In this document: positions 47,544 through 57,113 of the stretch, piece by piece | Layout of the letters: every line of letters starts with the position of its first letter | Position numbering within the stretch: position 1 is the stretch's first letter | IMG/VR virus record: IMGVR_UViG_3300020472_000012 | Coordinates: 32,001-96,000 of that record | Length of the DNA: 64,000 bases | From: a virus | Strand: one strand, 5' to 3' | Notes under the pieces: generated by a model | Database searches by the model: none | The model's input: the letters and a program-made list of their open reading frames with translations, nothing else | What the model was told of the DNA's origin: nothing | Translations under genes and position numbers: made by a program

Positions 47544-50033
47544 ATGCACTTTTATACTAATGTCCAGAGATACAGGAATTGGATTCTTGTAAGAGAATTT
47601 AAGGATGGGGTTAATAAGCCCAGACGAATTCCATATAAACCGACATTATATCTTCCGACCAATAAAGATAGTTCATTCAGAAGTATCAATGGCAAAAACT
47701 TAGAACCCAAGAAATTTACCAACATGAGTGGTGTTAGACCATTCATGGATAAGTATAAGGATGTTGAAGGGTTTGATATCTATGGTTTAGATAGATATGA
47801 ATATGCATGGGTAACAGAAACATTTCCACAAGATATTGAGTGGAGTTTTAGAAATATCAAAGTTATGAACATTGATATTGAGTGTGAATGTGAACATGGA
47901 TTTCCAGAACCTATCGTTGCCCCAGAACCAATCAATGCAATAACATTTAAACTATTTGGTGAACCTACCAAATATGTTTTTGGAACTCAGCCTTGGAATC
48001 ATGGTGATAAGAACATTCGTTACTTTGAATGTAAGAATGAGGTACATCTACTTAAAACATTCCTAGATGAATATCGTAAGGTTATGCCAGATATCATTAC
48101 TGGTTGGAATGTTGAAACATTTGATATTACATATCTGATGAATCGTATTACCAGAATGATTGATAGTAGACATGCAGATATGTTATCGCCTTGGAATATA
48201 ACTTCTTCTAGAGAATGGGAAAGTTTTGGTTTAGGTGGTAATAAACAACAAACTTATGACCTTATGGGTGTAGAAGTTATAGATTACCTACAACTTTATA
48301 AGAAGTTTACATTCAAGAACAGAGATAGTTATCGATTAGAAAACATTGCACAAATTGAACTTGGTGAAGGTAAGTTAGATTATTCAGAGTTTGGTGCAAT
48401 GCATTTGTTCTATAAACAGAACTATCAGAAGTTTTTAGAGTATAATGTTCGTGATGTGGACTTAGTAGAAAGACTTGATGATAAGTTAGGTCTAATGACT
48501 TTAATGATTCAGATGGCTTATACTGCAAAGTGTAACTATAGTGATACTTTTGGACAAGTGAAGTATTGGGATTTACTTATCTGGAATCGATTACGAAAAC
48601 AAAACATTATTATTCCACCAAGACCACATGGAACCAAATCACAAAAGTTTGTTGGTGCATATGTAAAAGAACCACAAGTAGGATTGCATAATTGGGTGGT
48701 ATCATTTGATTTGAATAGTCTATATCCACATTTGATTATGCAGTATAATATCAGTCCAGAGCAATTGGATAAAACTGGTACTCAACATGATATTGATGAA
48801 TTACTTGAAAAGAAAGTAGACTTTGATTATAGTAATCATCTTGCAGTTTGTCCTAATGGTGCAAGATTCAGAAAGAATAGACAGGGATTTCTTCCAGAGA
48901 TTCTTGAATCTCTATATGATGAGAGAGTCATGTGGAAGAACAAGATGATTGAATTGCAAAGAGAATATGAAGATACTGATGATGCAGAACAGAAGAAGTT
49001 TTTAAACAGAGAGATTGCAATTGCACACAACAACCAAATGGTTCGTAAGATTTCTTTGAACAGTGCTTATGGTGCATTGGGTAATCAGTGGTTTAGGTAC
49101 TACGATTTGATGATGGCAGAAGCAGTTACAACTAGTGGTCAACTCGCAATTAAATGGGTTGAACAAGCAGTTAACTCCTATCTAAATGAAGTTCTAGGTA
49201 CAGAGGATGATTATGTTGTTGCAATTGATACTGACTCAATCTATGTACGATTTGATGAATTAGTTAATAGGGTTAATCCAAAGAACCCTATTGATTTCTT
49301 AGACAAGGTTTCTAATGGTAAGATGCAAGAAGTGATTAACCATTGTTATGATGACCTTGCACAATATACAAATGCATTTCAGAATAAGATGGTAATGGGT
49401 AGAGAGGTAATTGCAGATAAAGGTATCTGGACTGCCAAGAAAAGATACATTCTTAATGTACATGACAATGAGGGTGTAAGATTACATGAACCTAAACTTA
49501 AGATGATGGGTATTGAAACTGCAAAGTCTTCTACACCAGCATGGGTTCGTGGTAGATTAGAAGATGCATTGACAGTTGTTATGAAGGGTGATGAAAAACT
49601 TGTACATGAGTTTGTAGAGAATGCAAGAGAAGAATTTAAGAAACAACCAATAGAAGATATTGGTTTCCCTAGAGGAGTGAATGGTGTTGTTGAATATGCA
49701 AATCCAAAAACAATTTACAAGAAAGGAACACCTATTCATGTTCGTGCATCATTATTGTATAACCACCATGTAAAAAAACATGGAAAGGAATTGGTATACC
49801 AGTTAATTAATAATGGTGAGAAAATGAAATTTGTTTACCTTAAAATACCAAATCCTACTGCTGAGAATGTCATTGGTTTTATAAATACTTTACCGAAGGA
49901 GTTTGAATTGGCAAAATACATAGACTATGACTTACAGTTCGAGAAATCATTTGTAGAACCTTTTAAACTTATTCTGGAGAAGATTGGGTGGTCAACAGAA
50001 CCGACATCTTCTTTAGAGGAATTTTTTGGGTAA
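47544..50033 (+). CDS. gp43: Family B DNA polymerase
   Basis: DIE exo, SFDLNSLYP, KISLNSAYG, IDTDS, KKRY; clamp-binding tail SLEEFFG. Confidence 0.98.
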   Translation: MHFYTNVQRYRNWILVREFKDGVNKPRRIPYKPTLYLPTNKDSSFRSINGKNLEPKKFTNMSGVRPFMDKYKDVEGFDIYGLDRYEYAWVTETFPQDIEWSFRNIKVMNIDIECECEHGFPEPIVAPEPINAITFKLFGEPTKYVFGTQPWNHGDKNIRYFECKNEVHLLKTFLDEYRKVMPDIITGWNVETFDITYLMNRITRMIDSRHADMLSPWNITSSREWESFGLGGNKQQTYDLMGVEVIDYLQLYKKFTFKNRDSYRLENIAQIELGEGKLDYSEFGAMHLFYKQNYQKFLEYNVRDVDLVERLDDKLGLMTLMIQMAYTAKCNYSDTFGQVKYWDLLIWNRLRKQNIIIPPRPHGTKSQKFVGAYVKEPQVGLHNWVVSFDLNSLYPHLIMQYNISPEQLDKTGTQHDIDELLEKKVDFDYSNHLAVCPNGARFRKNRQGFLPEILESLYDERVMWKNKMIELQREYEDTDDAEQKKFLNREIAIAHNNQMVRKISLNSAYGALGNQWFRYYDLMMAEAVTTSGQLAIKWVEQAVNSYLNEVLGTEDDYVVAIDTDSIYVRFDELVNRVNPKNPIDFLDKVSNGKMQEVINHCYDDLAQYTNAFQNKMVMGREVIADKGIWTAKKRYILNVHDNEGVRLHEPKLKMMGIETAKSSTPAWVRGRLEDALTVVMKGDEKLVHEFVENAREEFKKQPIEDIGFPRGVNGVVEYANPKTIYKKGTPIHVRASLLYNHHVKKHGKELVYQLINNGEKMKFVYLKIPNPTAENVIGFINTLPKEFELAKYIDYDLQFEKSFVEPFKLILEKIGWSTEPTSSLEEFFG

Positions 50034-50066
50034 CTGATTCTCTCCTTCTTAATTAAGGAGAGAAAA

Positions 50067-50483
50067 ATGAACCCACACATTTATAGAGCAGACATAACGA
50101 GAGTTGTAGATGGCGATACATGTGATGTGACACTTCATTTAGGATTTGATATATTATATAAAGGTAGAGTAAGGCTGACTGGAATTGATACACCAGAATC
50201 TAGAACCAGAGACCTTGAAGAAAAGAAATTTGGACTTGCATCCAAAGAATACTTCAAGGAATGGGTTGCAAGATTTGATTCTGTATTAGTTGAGTCAACT
50301 GAGAAAGGTAAGTTTGGTAGAATACTTGGTAGGATTTATAACCCAGATATGTCTGAATGTTATAACGACAAGAGTATAGAAGACCATCATGCAGTACCTT
50401 ATAATGGTGAAAACAAAGACCTAGTAGAGTCACAACATATGGCCAACAGAGAATGGTTGACAGAACAAGGACTCGTGGTATAA
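50067..50483 (+). CDS. Thermonuclease (SNase-like)
   Basis: RVVDGDT, RLTGIDTPE, GKFGRILG. Confidence 0.92.
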   Translation: MNPHIYRADITRVVDGDTCDVTLHLGFDILYKGRVRLTGIDTPESRTRDLEEKKFGLASKEYFKEWVARFDSVLVESTEKGKFGRILGRIYNPDMSECYNDKSIEDHHAVPYNGENKDLVESQHMANREWLTEQGLVV

Positions 50484-50510
50484 TAGTATTATATTTGAGG
50501 ATTTTATATT

Positions 50511-51557
50511 ATGGATTTATTGAAAGACCTTGCAAAGGCAAGTGGTAATGACCTTGCATCAGTAGTAGACGATGGTATCGTTGCTGGTGATGTGGATGGT
50601 TATTTAGACACTGGTTCATATATATTGAATGCACTTTTAAGTGGTTCAATATATGGTGGACTAGCATCAAACAAGATTACAGCATTAGCGGGAGAGTCTT
50701 CCACTGGAAAGACTTTCTTTGCGTTAGGAATTTGTCAAAAGTTCCTAGAAGACAACCCAGATAGTGCAGTCATTTACTTTGAAAGTGAATCTGCACTAAC
50801 TAAAGATATTATAGTCGAAAGGGGTATTGACCCTAAAAGGATTATGATTGTCCCAGTAGTTACGATTGAACAGTTTAGAACTGAAGCAGTTCGTATACTA
50901 GACCAATACGATAAGACACGAAAAGAAGACCAGAAAATATTATTTGTTCTGGACTCATTAGGTATGTTATCAACTGAAAAAGAGGTAACAGATGTAGAGT
51001 CTGGAAAGATGGTTCGTGATATGACAAAGGCACAAGTAACCAAAGGTGCATTCAGAGTATTAACTTTGAAACTAGGAAAGGTAGGTGTCCCTATGATTGT
51101 TACGAACCATACCTACGATAAGATTGGTTCCTTATACCCAGAGAAAGAAATGGGTGGTGGAAGTGGTCTTAAGTATGCAGCTTCTAGTGTAGTATTCTTA
51201 TCGAAGAGAAAAGAAAAAGAAGGTACAGAAGTTATAGGTAATATCATTCATTGTAGGAACTGGAAATCTAGACTTACAGTAGAAAACAAAATGGTCGATG
51301 TTCGATTGACTTATGATAAAGGTTTATCTAGACATTATGGACTTCTTGAACTTGCAATTAAGTATGGTATCTTTAAACAAGTATCAACAAGGATTGAACT
51401 TCCAGATGGGAAAACTCAGTTTGGAAAAACTATTAACAACAATCCAGAAACTTATTTCACACCAGAAATCTTAGAACAATTAGATGAGTGTGCCAAGAAA
51501 GAGTTTAGATATGGTGCAGAAGTAGAAGAAATTGAAAGTGAAGTAGATGCAGAATAG
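50511..51557 (+). CDS. uvsX: RecA-like recombinase UvsX
   Basis: [19 protein letters not shown]. Confidence 0.95.
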   Translation: MDLLKDLAKASGNDLASVVDDGIVAGDVDGYLDTGSYILNALLSGSIYGGLASNKITALAGESSTGKTFFALGICQKFLEDNPDSAVIYFESESALTKDIIVERGIDPKRIMIVPVVTIEQFRTEAVRILDQYDKTRKEDQKILFVLDSLGMLSTEKEVTDVESGKMVRDMTKAQVTKGAFRVLTLKLGKVGVPMIVTNHTYDKIGSLYPEKEMGGGSGLKYAASSVVFLSKRKEKEGTEVIGNIIHCRNWKSRLTVENKMVDVRLTYDKGLSRHYGLLELAIKYGIFKQVSTRIELPDGKTQFGKTINNNPETYFTPEILEQLDECAKKEFRYGAEVEEIESEVDAE

Positions 51558-52932
51558 GTTAGAATTATTAATACTTAAGAATCTCTTTACGAGTGATGAA
51601 TACATTCGTAAGGTGATTCCATATGTTAGGGATGAATTCTTTTCTGAGAGAGAAGAGAGATTAATCTTTGTTAATATTAAAGAATACTTTGAGAAGTATA
51701 ATAAGAATCCAACTCATGAAGCATTAACAATTCAAATGAATGAGGCAAGTGGTCTCAATCAAGATGAACTATCCAGTGCATTACACATTGTATCTCAATG
51801 TAAATCATCAATAGAAGAAACACCACACGAATTTCTATTAGATGAAACAGAGAAATGGTGTAAAGACAGAGCAGTTTATAATGCAGTAATGGATTCTATT
51901 ACCATCTTAGATAAGAATTCAAAAAGAGATAAGGGTGAGATTCCAGAGTTACTTAAGGATGCACTTTCAGTATCTTTTGACCAACATATTGGTCATGATT
52001 GGATGGAAAATGCAGATGCAAGGTATGAATTTTATCATACAGAAGAAGAAAAGATTCCATTTGATTTAGATTTACTTAATAAGATTACAAAGGGTGGAAT
52101 GCCCAACAAGACTTTGAATATTATAATGGCTGGAACTGGGGTAGGTAAATCCTTGTTCATGTGTCATTGTGCAGCCAACAATCTCATGATGGGTAAGAAT
52201 GTACTTTACATATCTATGGAAATGAGTGAGGAAAAGATTGCAGAAAGAATTGATGCAAACTTAATGAATATTCCATTACAAGAACTTTCAGATTTACCTA
52301 AACCGATGTATGATAAGAAGATTAAATCTATTAGGGATAAGACAGTTGGAAGGTTAGTGGTTAAGGAATACCCAACAGCAGCTGCACATACTGGACATTT
52401 TAGACATCTATTACAAGAGTTAAATCTTAAGAAAGACTTTGTTCCAGATGTAATCTATATTGATTATCTAAACATATGTGCATCATCAAGAATCAAGCCT
52501 GGAAGTAATGCAAACACATATACTTATGTTAAGAGTATTGCAGAAGAGGTTAGAGGTCTTGCAGTAGAATACGATATTCCAGTTATGAGTGCAACTCAAA
52601 CAAATAGAACTGGATTTGTTTCTACAGATGTAGGATTAGAAGATACATCAGAATCCTTTGGATTACCAGCAACTGCTGATTTGATGATTGCATTGATATC
52701 AACAGAAGAACTGGAAGACCTTGACCAGATAATGGTTAAACAATTAAAGAACAGATATAATGACCCATCATACTACAGAAGGTTTGTAGTTGGTGTAGAT
52801 AGAAGTCGTATGAAGTTGTATGATTGTGAACAATCTGCACAAGATGAGTTACATGATTCTGGGCCAGCTTTCGACAACTCTGATACTGGAAAAAGGATAT
52901 CAGAAGAGAAAACAGATGGTTGGAACATATAA
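51547..52932 (+). CDS. gp41: Replicative DnaB-like helicase
   Basis: [27 protein letters not shown]. Confidence 0.97.
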   Translation: MQNRLELLILKNLFTSDEYIRKVIPYVRDEFFSEREERLIFVNIKEYFEKYNKNPTHEALTIQMNEASGLNQDELSSALHIVSQCKSSIEETPHEFLLDETEKWCKDRAVYNAVMDSITILDKNSKRDKGEIPELLKDALSVSFDQHIGHDWMENADARYEFYHTEEEKIPFDLDLLNKITKGGMPNKTLNIIMAGTGVGKSLFMCHCAANNLMMGKNVLYISMEMSEEKIAERIDANLMNIPLQELSDLPKPMYDKKIKSIRDKTVGRLVVKEYPTAAAHTGHFRHLLQELNLKKDFVPDVIYIDYLNICASSRIKPGSNANTYTYVKSIAEEVRGLAVEYDIPVMSATQTNRTGFVSTDVGLEDTSESFGLPATADLMIALISTEELEDLDQIMVKQLKNRYNDPSYYRRFVVGVDRSRMKLYDCEQSAQDELHDSGPAFDNSDTGKRISEEKTDGWNI

Positions 52933-53800
52933 TAAGGTCTTACCTTTTAAAGACGATGAACGAGTAATTGACCAATTTGGTTGGACACTAACATCAGTCA
53001 TTAAACCTACTAAAGCATCCAAAAAGAAATGGAAGGATGCATATCTAGAAAATACAGAACAGAGAAGAAGTGATGATGCTGAATACCTAAGTGGATTAAA
53101 ATTCAGTGAGTTCCATGCTGGACTATGTGAAGACATTGTACATTATTGGAGTATGGTTGGTGGTAAAATTGTAGACCCATTTGCTGGAAGATTAACAAGG
53201 GCATTCGTTTCTGCATCATTAGGAAGGTCATACGAAGGTTATGATGTATCACCTACAACAGTAAAGAATGTTAATGAACATTTAGATAAACATTCTATAT
53301 CTGATGCAATTGTTAAAGAGGGTGATGGTTGTATGATGCAACTCACTTATGATGAAAGTGCAGATTTAGTTATGACTTGTCCACCATATCATAGATTAGA
53401 AGCATATGAATCTGCAACAGGTCAGTTATCTGATGTAAAGGGGTATCACCATTTCTTAGAAAGAATTAATGAATGTGGAACGAACATAGAAAGAGTTTTA
53501 AAGCCTGGTGGGTTTTGTGTCTGGATATGTGGAGACTGGAGAGAAGATGGCAAGATGAGGTCTTTTCATTCAGATGTAATAAACATGTTTACATTTAATG
53601 CTGGTCTTAAACTCCACGACACAGTAATTATAGAAAACCAATCACCATTTGCAGCTTTGCAATTAGGTAAGGTTGCATCAAAAAGATATACAAGTAAAGT
53701 ACATGAATATATGTTAGTGTTTAGAAAAGAGGGTGAGATAGTTCCTACTTCAAATAAGATTAAGTTACACGAAGAAAGTAGTTTAGAGGATTTCTTCTAA
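52916..53800 (+). CDS. N6-adenine/N4-cytosine DNA methyltransferase
   Basis: DPFAG (motif I), TCPPY (motif IV variant), LKPGGF, HEYMLVFRK; ends SLEDFF. Confidence 0.88.
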   Translation: MVGTYNKVLPFKDDERVIDQFGWTLTSVIKPTKASKKKWKDAYLENTEQRRSDDAEYLSGLKFSEFHAGLCEDIVHYWSMVGGKIVDPFAGRLTRAFVSASLGRSYEGYDVSPTTVKNVNEHLDKHSISDAIVKEGDGCMMQLTYDESADLVMTCPPYHRLEAYESATGQLSDVKGYHHFLERINECGTNIERVLKPGGFCVWICGDWREDGKMRSFHSDVINMFTFNAGLKLHDTVIIENQSPFAALQLGKVASKRYTSKVHEYMLVFRKEGEIVPTSNKIKLHEESSLEDFF

Positions 53801-54444
53801 TGCAAATTTGGAATAATAGAGTAGACCATCATGTAGATATTACAGACCATCCATTGGTTCATGTAATTGAAGCACCAGATAATATCATGGATATAAATGG
53901 AGAACTATGTAAAACAATTGATGACTTGGATAACAAGGGTGTTGGTAGTTATGATTCTATTAATGCAAAGGTATCAACTTTTACTGGATGGAAAACTTTT
54001 GAACCAGAACCATTTCAAACATTAATGGATTGGGCTGGTGCAGTTGCATCAGAGATTAGTCTGGATAGGTTTGGTGTTAACTTTGTTGGGACATATACTC
54101 ATTGTTGGGGTATGAGATATAGTAAAGGAGATTTTTCTCCAGCACATGGTCATTTTCCAGCAGTTTGGAGTTGGGTATATTATCCACTTATTCATGGTGA
54201 AAATATTGCACCATTACAATTTCCCTACAGTTTAAAATCTATTATGGATGATGAAGGGGATAGAATTTCTGAAACTAGAATTATTGATGATGTTGCATTA
54301 AGTGTACCAGCACAAACTGGAAGATTAGTTTTATTTCAATCTCATATATATCATCAAGTACCTACAATTACAGATGATAATTTAAGGTATGTTATTGCTG
54401 GTAATATGGCACATGACTTTACCAGAGACGAAGCACCTTTTTAA
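53800..54444 (+). CDS. Putative 2OG-Fe(II) oxygenase (HxH type)
   Basis: PAHGH, SWVYY, LFQSHIYHQV, RYVIAGN. Confidence 0.85.
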   Translation: MQIWNNRVDHHVDITDHPLVHVIEAPDNIMDINGELCKTIDDLDNKGVGSYDSINAKVSTFTGWKTFEPEPFQTLMDWAGAVASEISLDRFGVNFVGTYTHCWGMRYSKGDFSPAHGHFPAVWSWVYYPLIHGENIAPLQFPYSLKSIMDDEGDRISETRIIDDVALSVPAQTGRLVLFQSHIYHQVPTITDDNLRYVIAGNMAHDFTRDEAPF

Positions 54445-54446
54445 TT

Positions 54447-54926
54447 ATGGAAATTATAGATAAATTTTTACCACAAAAAGATTTTAAATATCTTCAAGAC
54501 TTTATTATGGGCCCAGATATAACTTGGCACATTCAACAGGGTCTTGCATATAGAGATAAGGTAGGTAAAGATGTTTTATTAACCCATATGTTTTATCAAA
54601 ACGAAGAACCACATTCACCATTTGTTAATGAAATGGTTCCTTTATTAGAAAAACTTGATAGGAAAGTATTAATAAGGTTAAAAGCAAATGCATATCCTAT
54701 AACAGACGAAATAGTAGTTCATCCAAGACATACAGACTTAGATTATGAATGTAAAACTGCATTGTTTTATATAAACACTAATGATGGTTGGACAGAGTTT
54801 GATGATGGAACTAAGGTGGATAGTGTTGAAAATAGACTCGTAGTATTTGATTCTCAAGTACCACATTCTTCTACATCTTGTACTGATGCAAAAGTTAGGT
54901 ACAATATCAATATCAATTATTTTTAA
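54447..54926 (+). CDS. 2OG-Fe(II) oxygenase
   Basis: HTD, FYINTNDG, NRLVVFD..PH, RYNININY. Confidence 0.88.
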   Translation: MEIIDKFLPQKDFKYLQDFIMGPDITWHIQQGLAYRDKVGKDVLLTHMFYQNEEPHSPFVNEMVPLLEKLDRKVLIRLKANAYPITDEIVVHPRHTDLDYECKTALFYINTNDGWTEFDDGTKVDSVENRLVVFDSQVPHSSTSCTDAKVRYNININYF

Positions 54927-55002
54927 GGGGCGGTAGCTCAGTAGGGAGAGCGACTGGTTTGCATCCAGTAGGTCGTAGGTTCGATTCCTATTCGCTCCAC
55001 CA
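54927..55002 (+). tRNA. trnA: tRNA-Ala(TGC)
   Basis: Cloverleaf; ACTGG-ttTGCat-CCAGT; G3:U70; encoded CCA. Confidence 0.95.
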
Positions 55003-55021
55003 AATTAATGCACTCATGGGG

Positions 55022-55051
55022 TTGACTCATGGGTGCATTTTTTTGTATAAT
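55022..55051 (+). promoter_or_regulatory. Sigma70-type promoter, GGGT-spacer class
   Basis: TTGACT-N18 (catgggtgca plus T tract)-TATAAT. Confidence 0.85.
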
Positions 55052-55072
55052 ACTGTAATAGGAGAAATAAAT

Positions 55073-55297
55073 ATGAGTCATTTTTCAAAAGATTTAGCAA
55101 TTGATGGAATCGTTGATGATATTGGTGCAATGGGAGATATGGATGTAGTTAAAGCACTTAATCCTTCAAACCTCTCAAAAGTATCAAAATTTGTTGGTAA
55201 TAACATCAATGGTGCAAATATTATGGATTATGCAAGGGATGTTTTAGCAGACCAAATGTATGATGATTGGGCAAATATGCCTAGTCCACATGGGTAG
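55073..55297 (+). CDS. Hypothetical early protein
   Basis: AGGAG RBS, MSHFSKD start. Confidence 0.75.
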   Translation: MSHFSKDLAIDGIVDDIGAMGDMDVVKALNPSNLSKVSKFVGNNINGANIMDYARDVLADQMYDDWANMPSPHG

Positions 55298-55304
55298 AAA
55301 TCCC

Positions 55305-55334
55305 TTGACAGATGGGTGCCATTTTTAGTATAAT
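55305..55334 (+). promoter_or_regulatory. Sigma70-type promoter, GGGT-spacer class, leaderless
   Basis: TTGACA-gatgggtgccatttttag-TATAAT; ATG 7 nt downstream. Confidence 0.85.
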
Positions 55335-55341
55335 ATAGGTA

Positions 55342-55542
55342 ATGAATAAACAAGTAGTAGTATATAACTCACTCTGGAGACCGAAAGGTCTAGTCCTTAA
55401 AGGAACTGTTGCGGGTTATATGCTCTTTTTATTAGTTACAGGTTTGATTGGGACAATGCTACACGAGTCTAGTATAACAGATGGTTTCGTACCCATCGGC
55501 AGACCCAATCAAATCATTTTAAAATTAGGGGAAAATATATGA
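55342..55542 (+). CDS. Small membrane protein
   Basis: One TM; leaderless position. Confidence 0.55.
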   Translation: MNKQVVVYNSLWRPKGLVLKGTVAGYMLFLLVTGLIGTMLHESSITDGFVPIGRPNQIILKLGENI

Positions 55543-55889
55543 AAATAAGTAAAGAATTGGAAAGTGCAGTAGAAAAACTTTGTGAAGATATAAACAAAGC
55601 ACATTTTGACCAGTTTCCCAACTTGACAGAGTACAATACTTACCCATCTTATGCGGGTCAAAAATACATTAAAATTATCACTGATACTGGTAATCAAAAA
55701 TCAGTTTGGGGTTTTATTAATGCAAAAGAATTTAAGAAAGGTCTTGCTGGAATCACTTTTTTAGAAGGTGATATTCTAAAAGCTGCTGGATGGAAAACAC
55801 CAGCATTGAATGCACCAAGAGGTAACATTCTAAGGGCACCTTATCCTATTATTGGGATGAGACAATATGGGCCGGATTACCTAAGATGA
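55539..55889 (+). CDS. Conserved phage hypothetical protein
   Basis: KYIKI, SVWGFI, GDILKAAGWKTPA..RGNI. Confidence 0.8.
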   Translation: MKISKELESAVEKLCEDINKAHFDQFPNLTEYNTYPSYAGQKYIKIITDTGNQKSVWGFINAKEFKKGLAGITFLEGDILKAAGWKTPALNAPRGNILRAPYPIIGMRQYGPDYLR

Positions 55890-56092
55890 GTGTTGCAGTA
55901 AATATAGAGTTGTATGAATCTCAAGAGTTTGAAGCATTTTGTCAAACTATGTACATTGCAAATTGTTCAGAAAGAAGACAATACAACGAAGAAATTTATC
56001 CCTCAGTTGAGGATTATTTAACCAAATGTGGGGATTTTTTGAGGGCAGAGTTCGTAAAGAGCCTGAAACAATATGTCAGAAACGAAAGTTAA
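55886..56092 (+). CDS. Hypothetical protein
   Basis: ATGA-coupled ORF. Confidence 0.65.
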   Translation: MSVAVNIELYESQEFEAFCQTMYIANCSERRQYNEEIYPSVEDYLTKCGDFLRAEFVKSLKQYVRNES

Positions 56093-56585
56093 AAGAATTT
56101 TTATCGATATGGATGGAGTCTTAACAGACTTCCAACTTGGTGTCGAAGAAATGATTGGAATGAGATTAACATCAGATGATGTTGGTCATTCTGAATACGA
56201 TAAGAGAAAAGAGGAACTAACCAACAAAAGGTTGTTTAGAAATCTTCCACCTATGAAAGATATGTGGGAGTTAATGGGTTACCTAAAACATACTGGTTTA
56301 CCTTTAGAAATCCTAACTGCAGCTGGTGTTATTAACAGAGAGTTGGTAGTTTGGGATAAACATGAGTGGATTAAACAGTGGGTTGACCCTACAATGGTAG
56401 TTACATGCACAATGAGTGGTTCTCAAAAAGCAGCCTTTGCAGAGAAAGGTAATGTCTTGATTGACGACAGAGGTAAAAATATCGATGCTTGGGTTAAAGC
56501 TGGTGGTATTGGTATCAAACACAAGACTGCAAGAGACACTATAACTGAGTTAAAATTACTTAGAAATGGGATGAAAGTAATATGA
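56073..56585 (+). CDS. HAD-family 5'(3')-deoxyribonucleotidase-like protein
   Basis: IDMDGVL, ILTA, K..W, LIDD, W..AGGIGI.H. Confidence 0.9.
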   Translation: MSETKVKRIFIDMDGVLTDFQLGVEEMIGMRLTSDDVGHSEYDKRKEELTNKRLFRNLPPMKDMWELMGYLKHTGLPLEILTAAGVINRELVVWDKHEWIKQWVDPTMVVTCTMSGSQKAAFAEKGNVLIDDRGKNIDAWVKAGGIGIKHKTARDTITELKLLRNGMKVI

Positions 56586-56749
56586 AAAAACGATATAAAT
56601 ACTTTAGTAGACCACCTTTTCCAGAGATTGGTCGTGATGCATTGCCATACTTAGAGTGGTGTGACTATAGAGATAGGGTAAATGAGAGAATAGCATTTAC
56701 TCTAATAGGGATTATAATAAGTGGAGCATTAGTTTTAATGTTTTTATGA
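56582..56749 (+). CDS. Small membrane protein, 55 aa (not in ORF track)
   Basis: ATGA-coupled on both sides; C-terminal TM. Confidence 0.6.
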   Translation: MKKRYKYFSRPPFPEIGRDALPYLEWCDYRDRVNERIAFTLIGIIISGALVLMFL

Positions 56750-56949
56750 TGAGTACAGACAATCAGAGTTCAGATAAGGGTGTCCTAATAGGACATACTG
56801 TTATAGATATTCTTCAACAAAAAGTTAGATTGAAGAAGGAGCTCATTCACCTTAGAAAACTCAAACAGAACGAAAATCGTCAACAAATCTTAGAAGATAA
56901 GATTTCTGAATATGACGAATATCTCCATCAACACAGATTACAGAAATAA
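56746..56949 (+). CDS. Small coiled-coil hypothetical protein
   Basis: ORF track. Confidence 0.65.
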   Translation: MMSTDNQSSDKGVLIGHTVIDILQQKVRLKKELIHLRKLKQNENRQQILEDKISEYDEYLHQHRLQK

Positions 56950-57051
56950 CCCAGTGAAATCGTAGGGTAAATAATAGAGTCGATTGGCGTCCTTCCGCTC
57001 GGATAAAGTTAGGAAAAATTTCACAAATAACTAACAGAGTAAATTGCCACT

Positions 57052-57079
57052 AAGGGAACAATGCATTGTTCCCTTTTTT
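57052..57079 (+). terminator. Rho-independent terminator (perfect palindrome)
   Basis: AAGGGAACAATGCATTGTTCCCTT then T run. Confidence 0.88.
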
Positions 57080-57084
57080 ATTTG

Positions 57085-57092
57085 CATAAATA
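57085..57092 (+). promoter_or_regulatory. Late promoter variant CATAAATA
   Basis: One mismatch to TATAAATA, directly after terminator. Confidence 0.6.
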
Positions 57093-57113
57093 GTATTAAA
57101 CAGGAAATTATTT

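Noticed and set aside
54959-55072. 5' extension of ORF 54959..55297
   Set aside because: Overlaps tRNA-Ala and a promoter; real start is ATG 55073 with RBS
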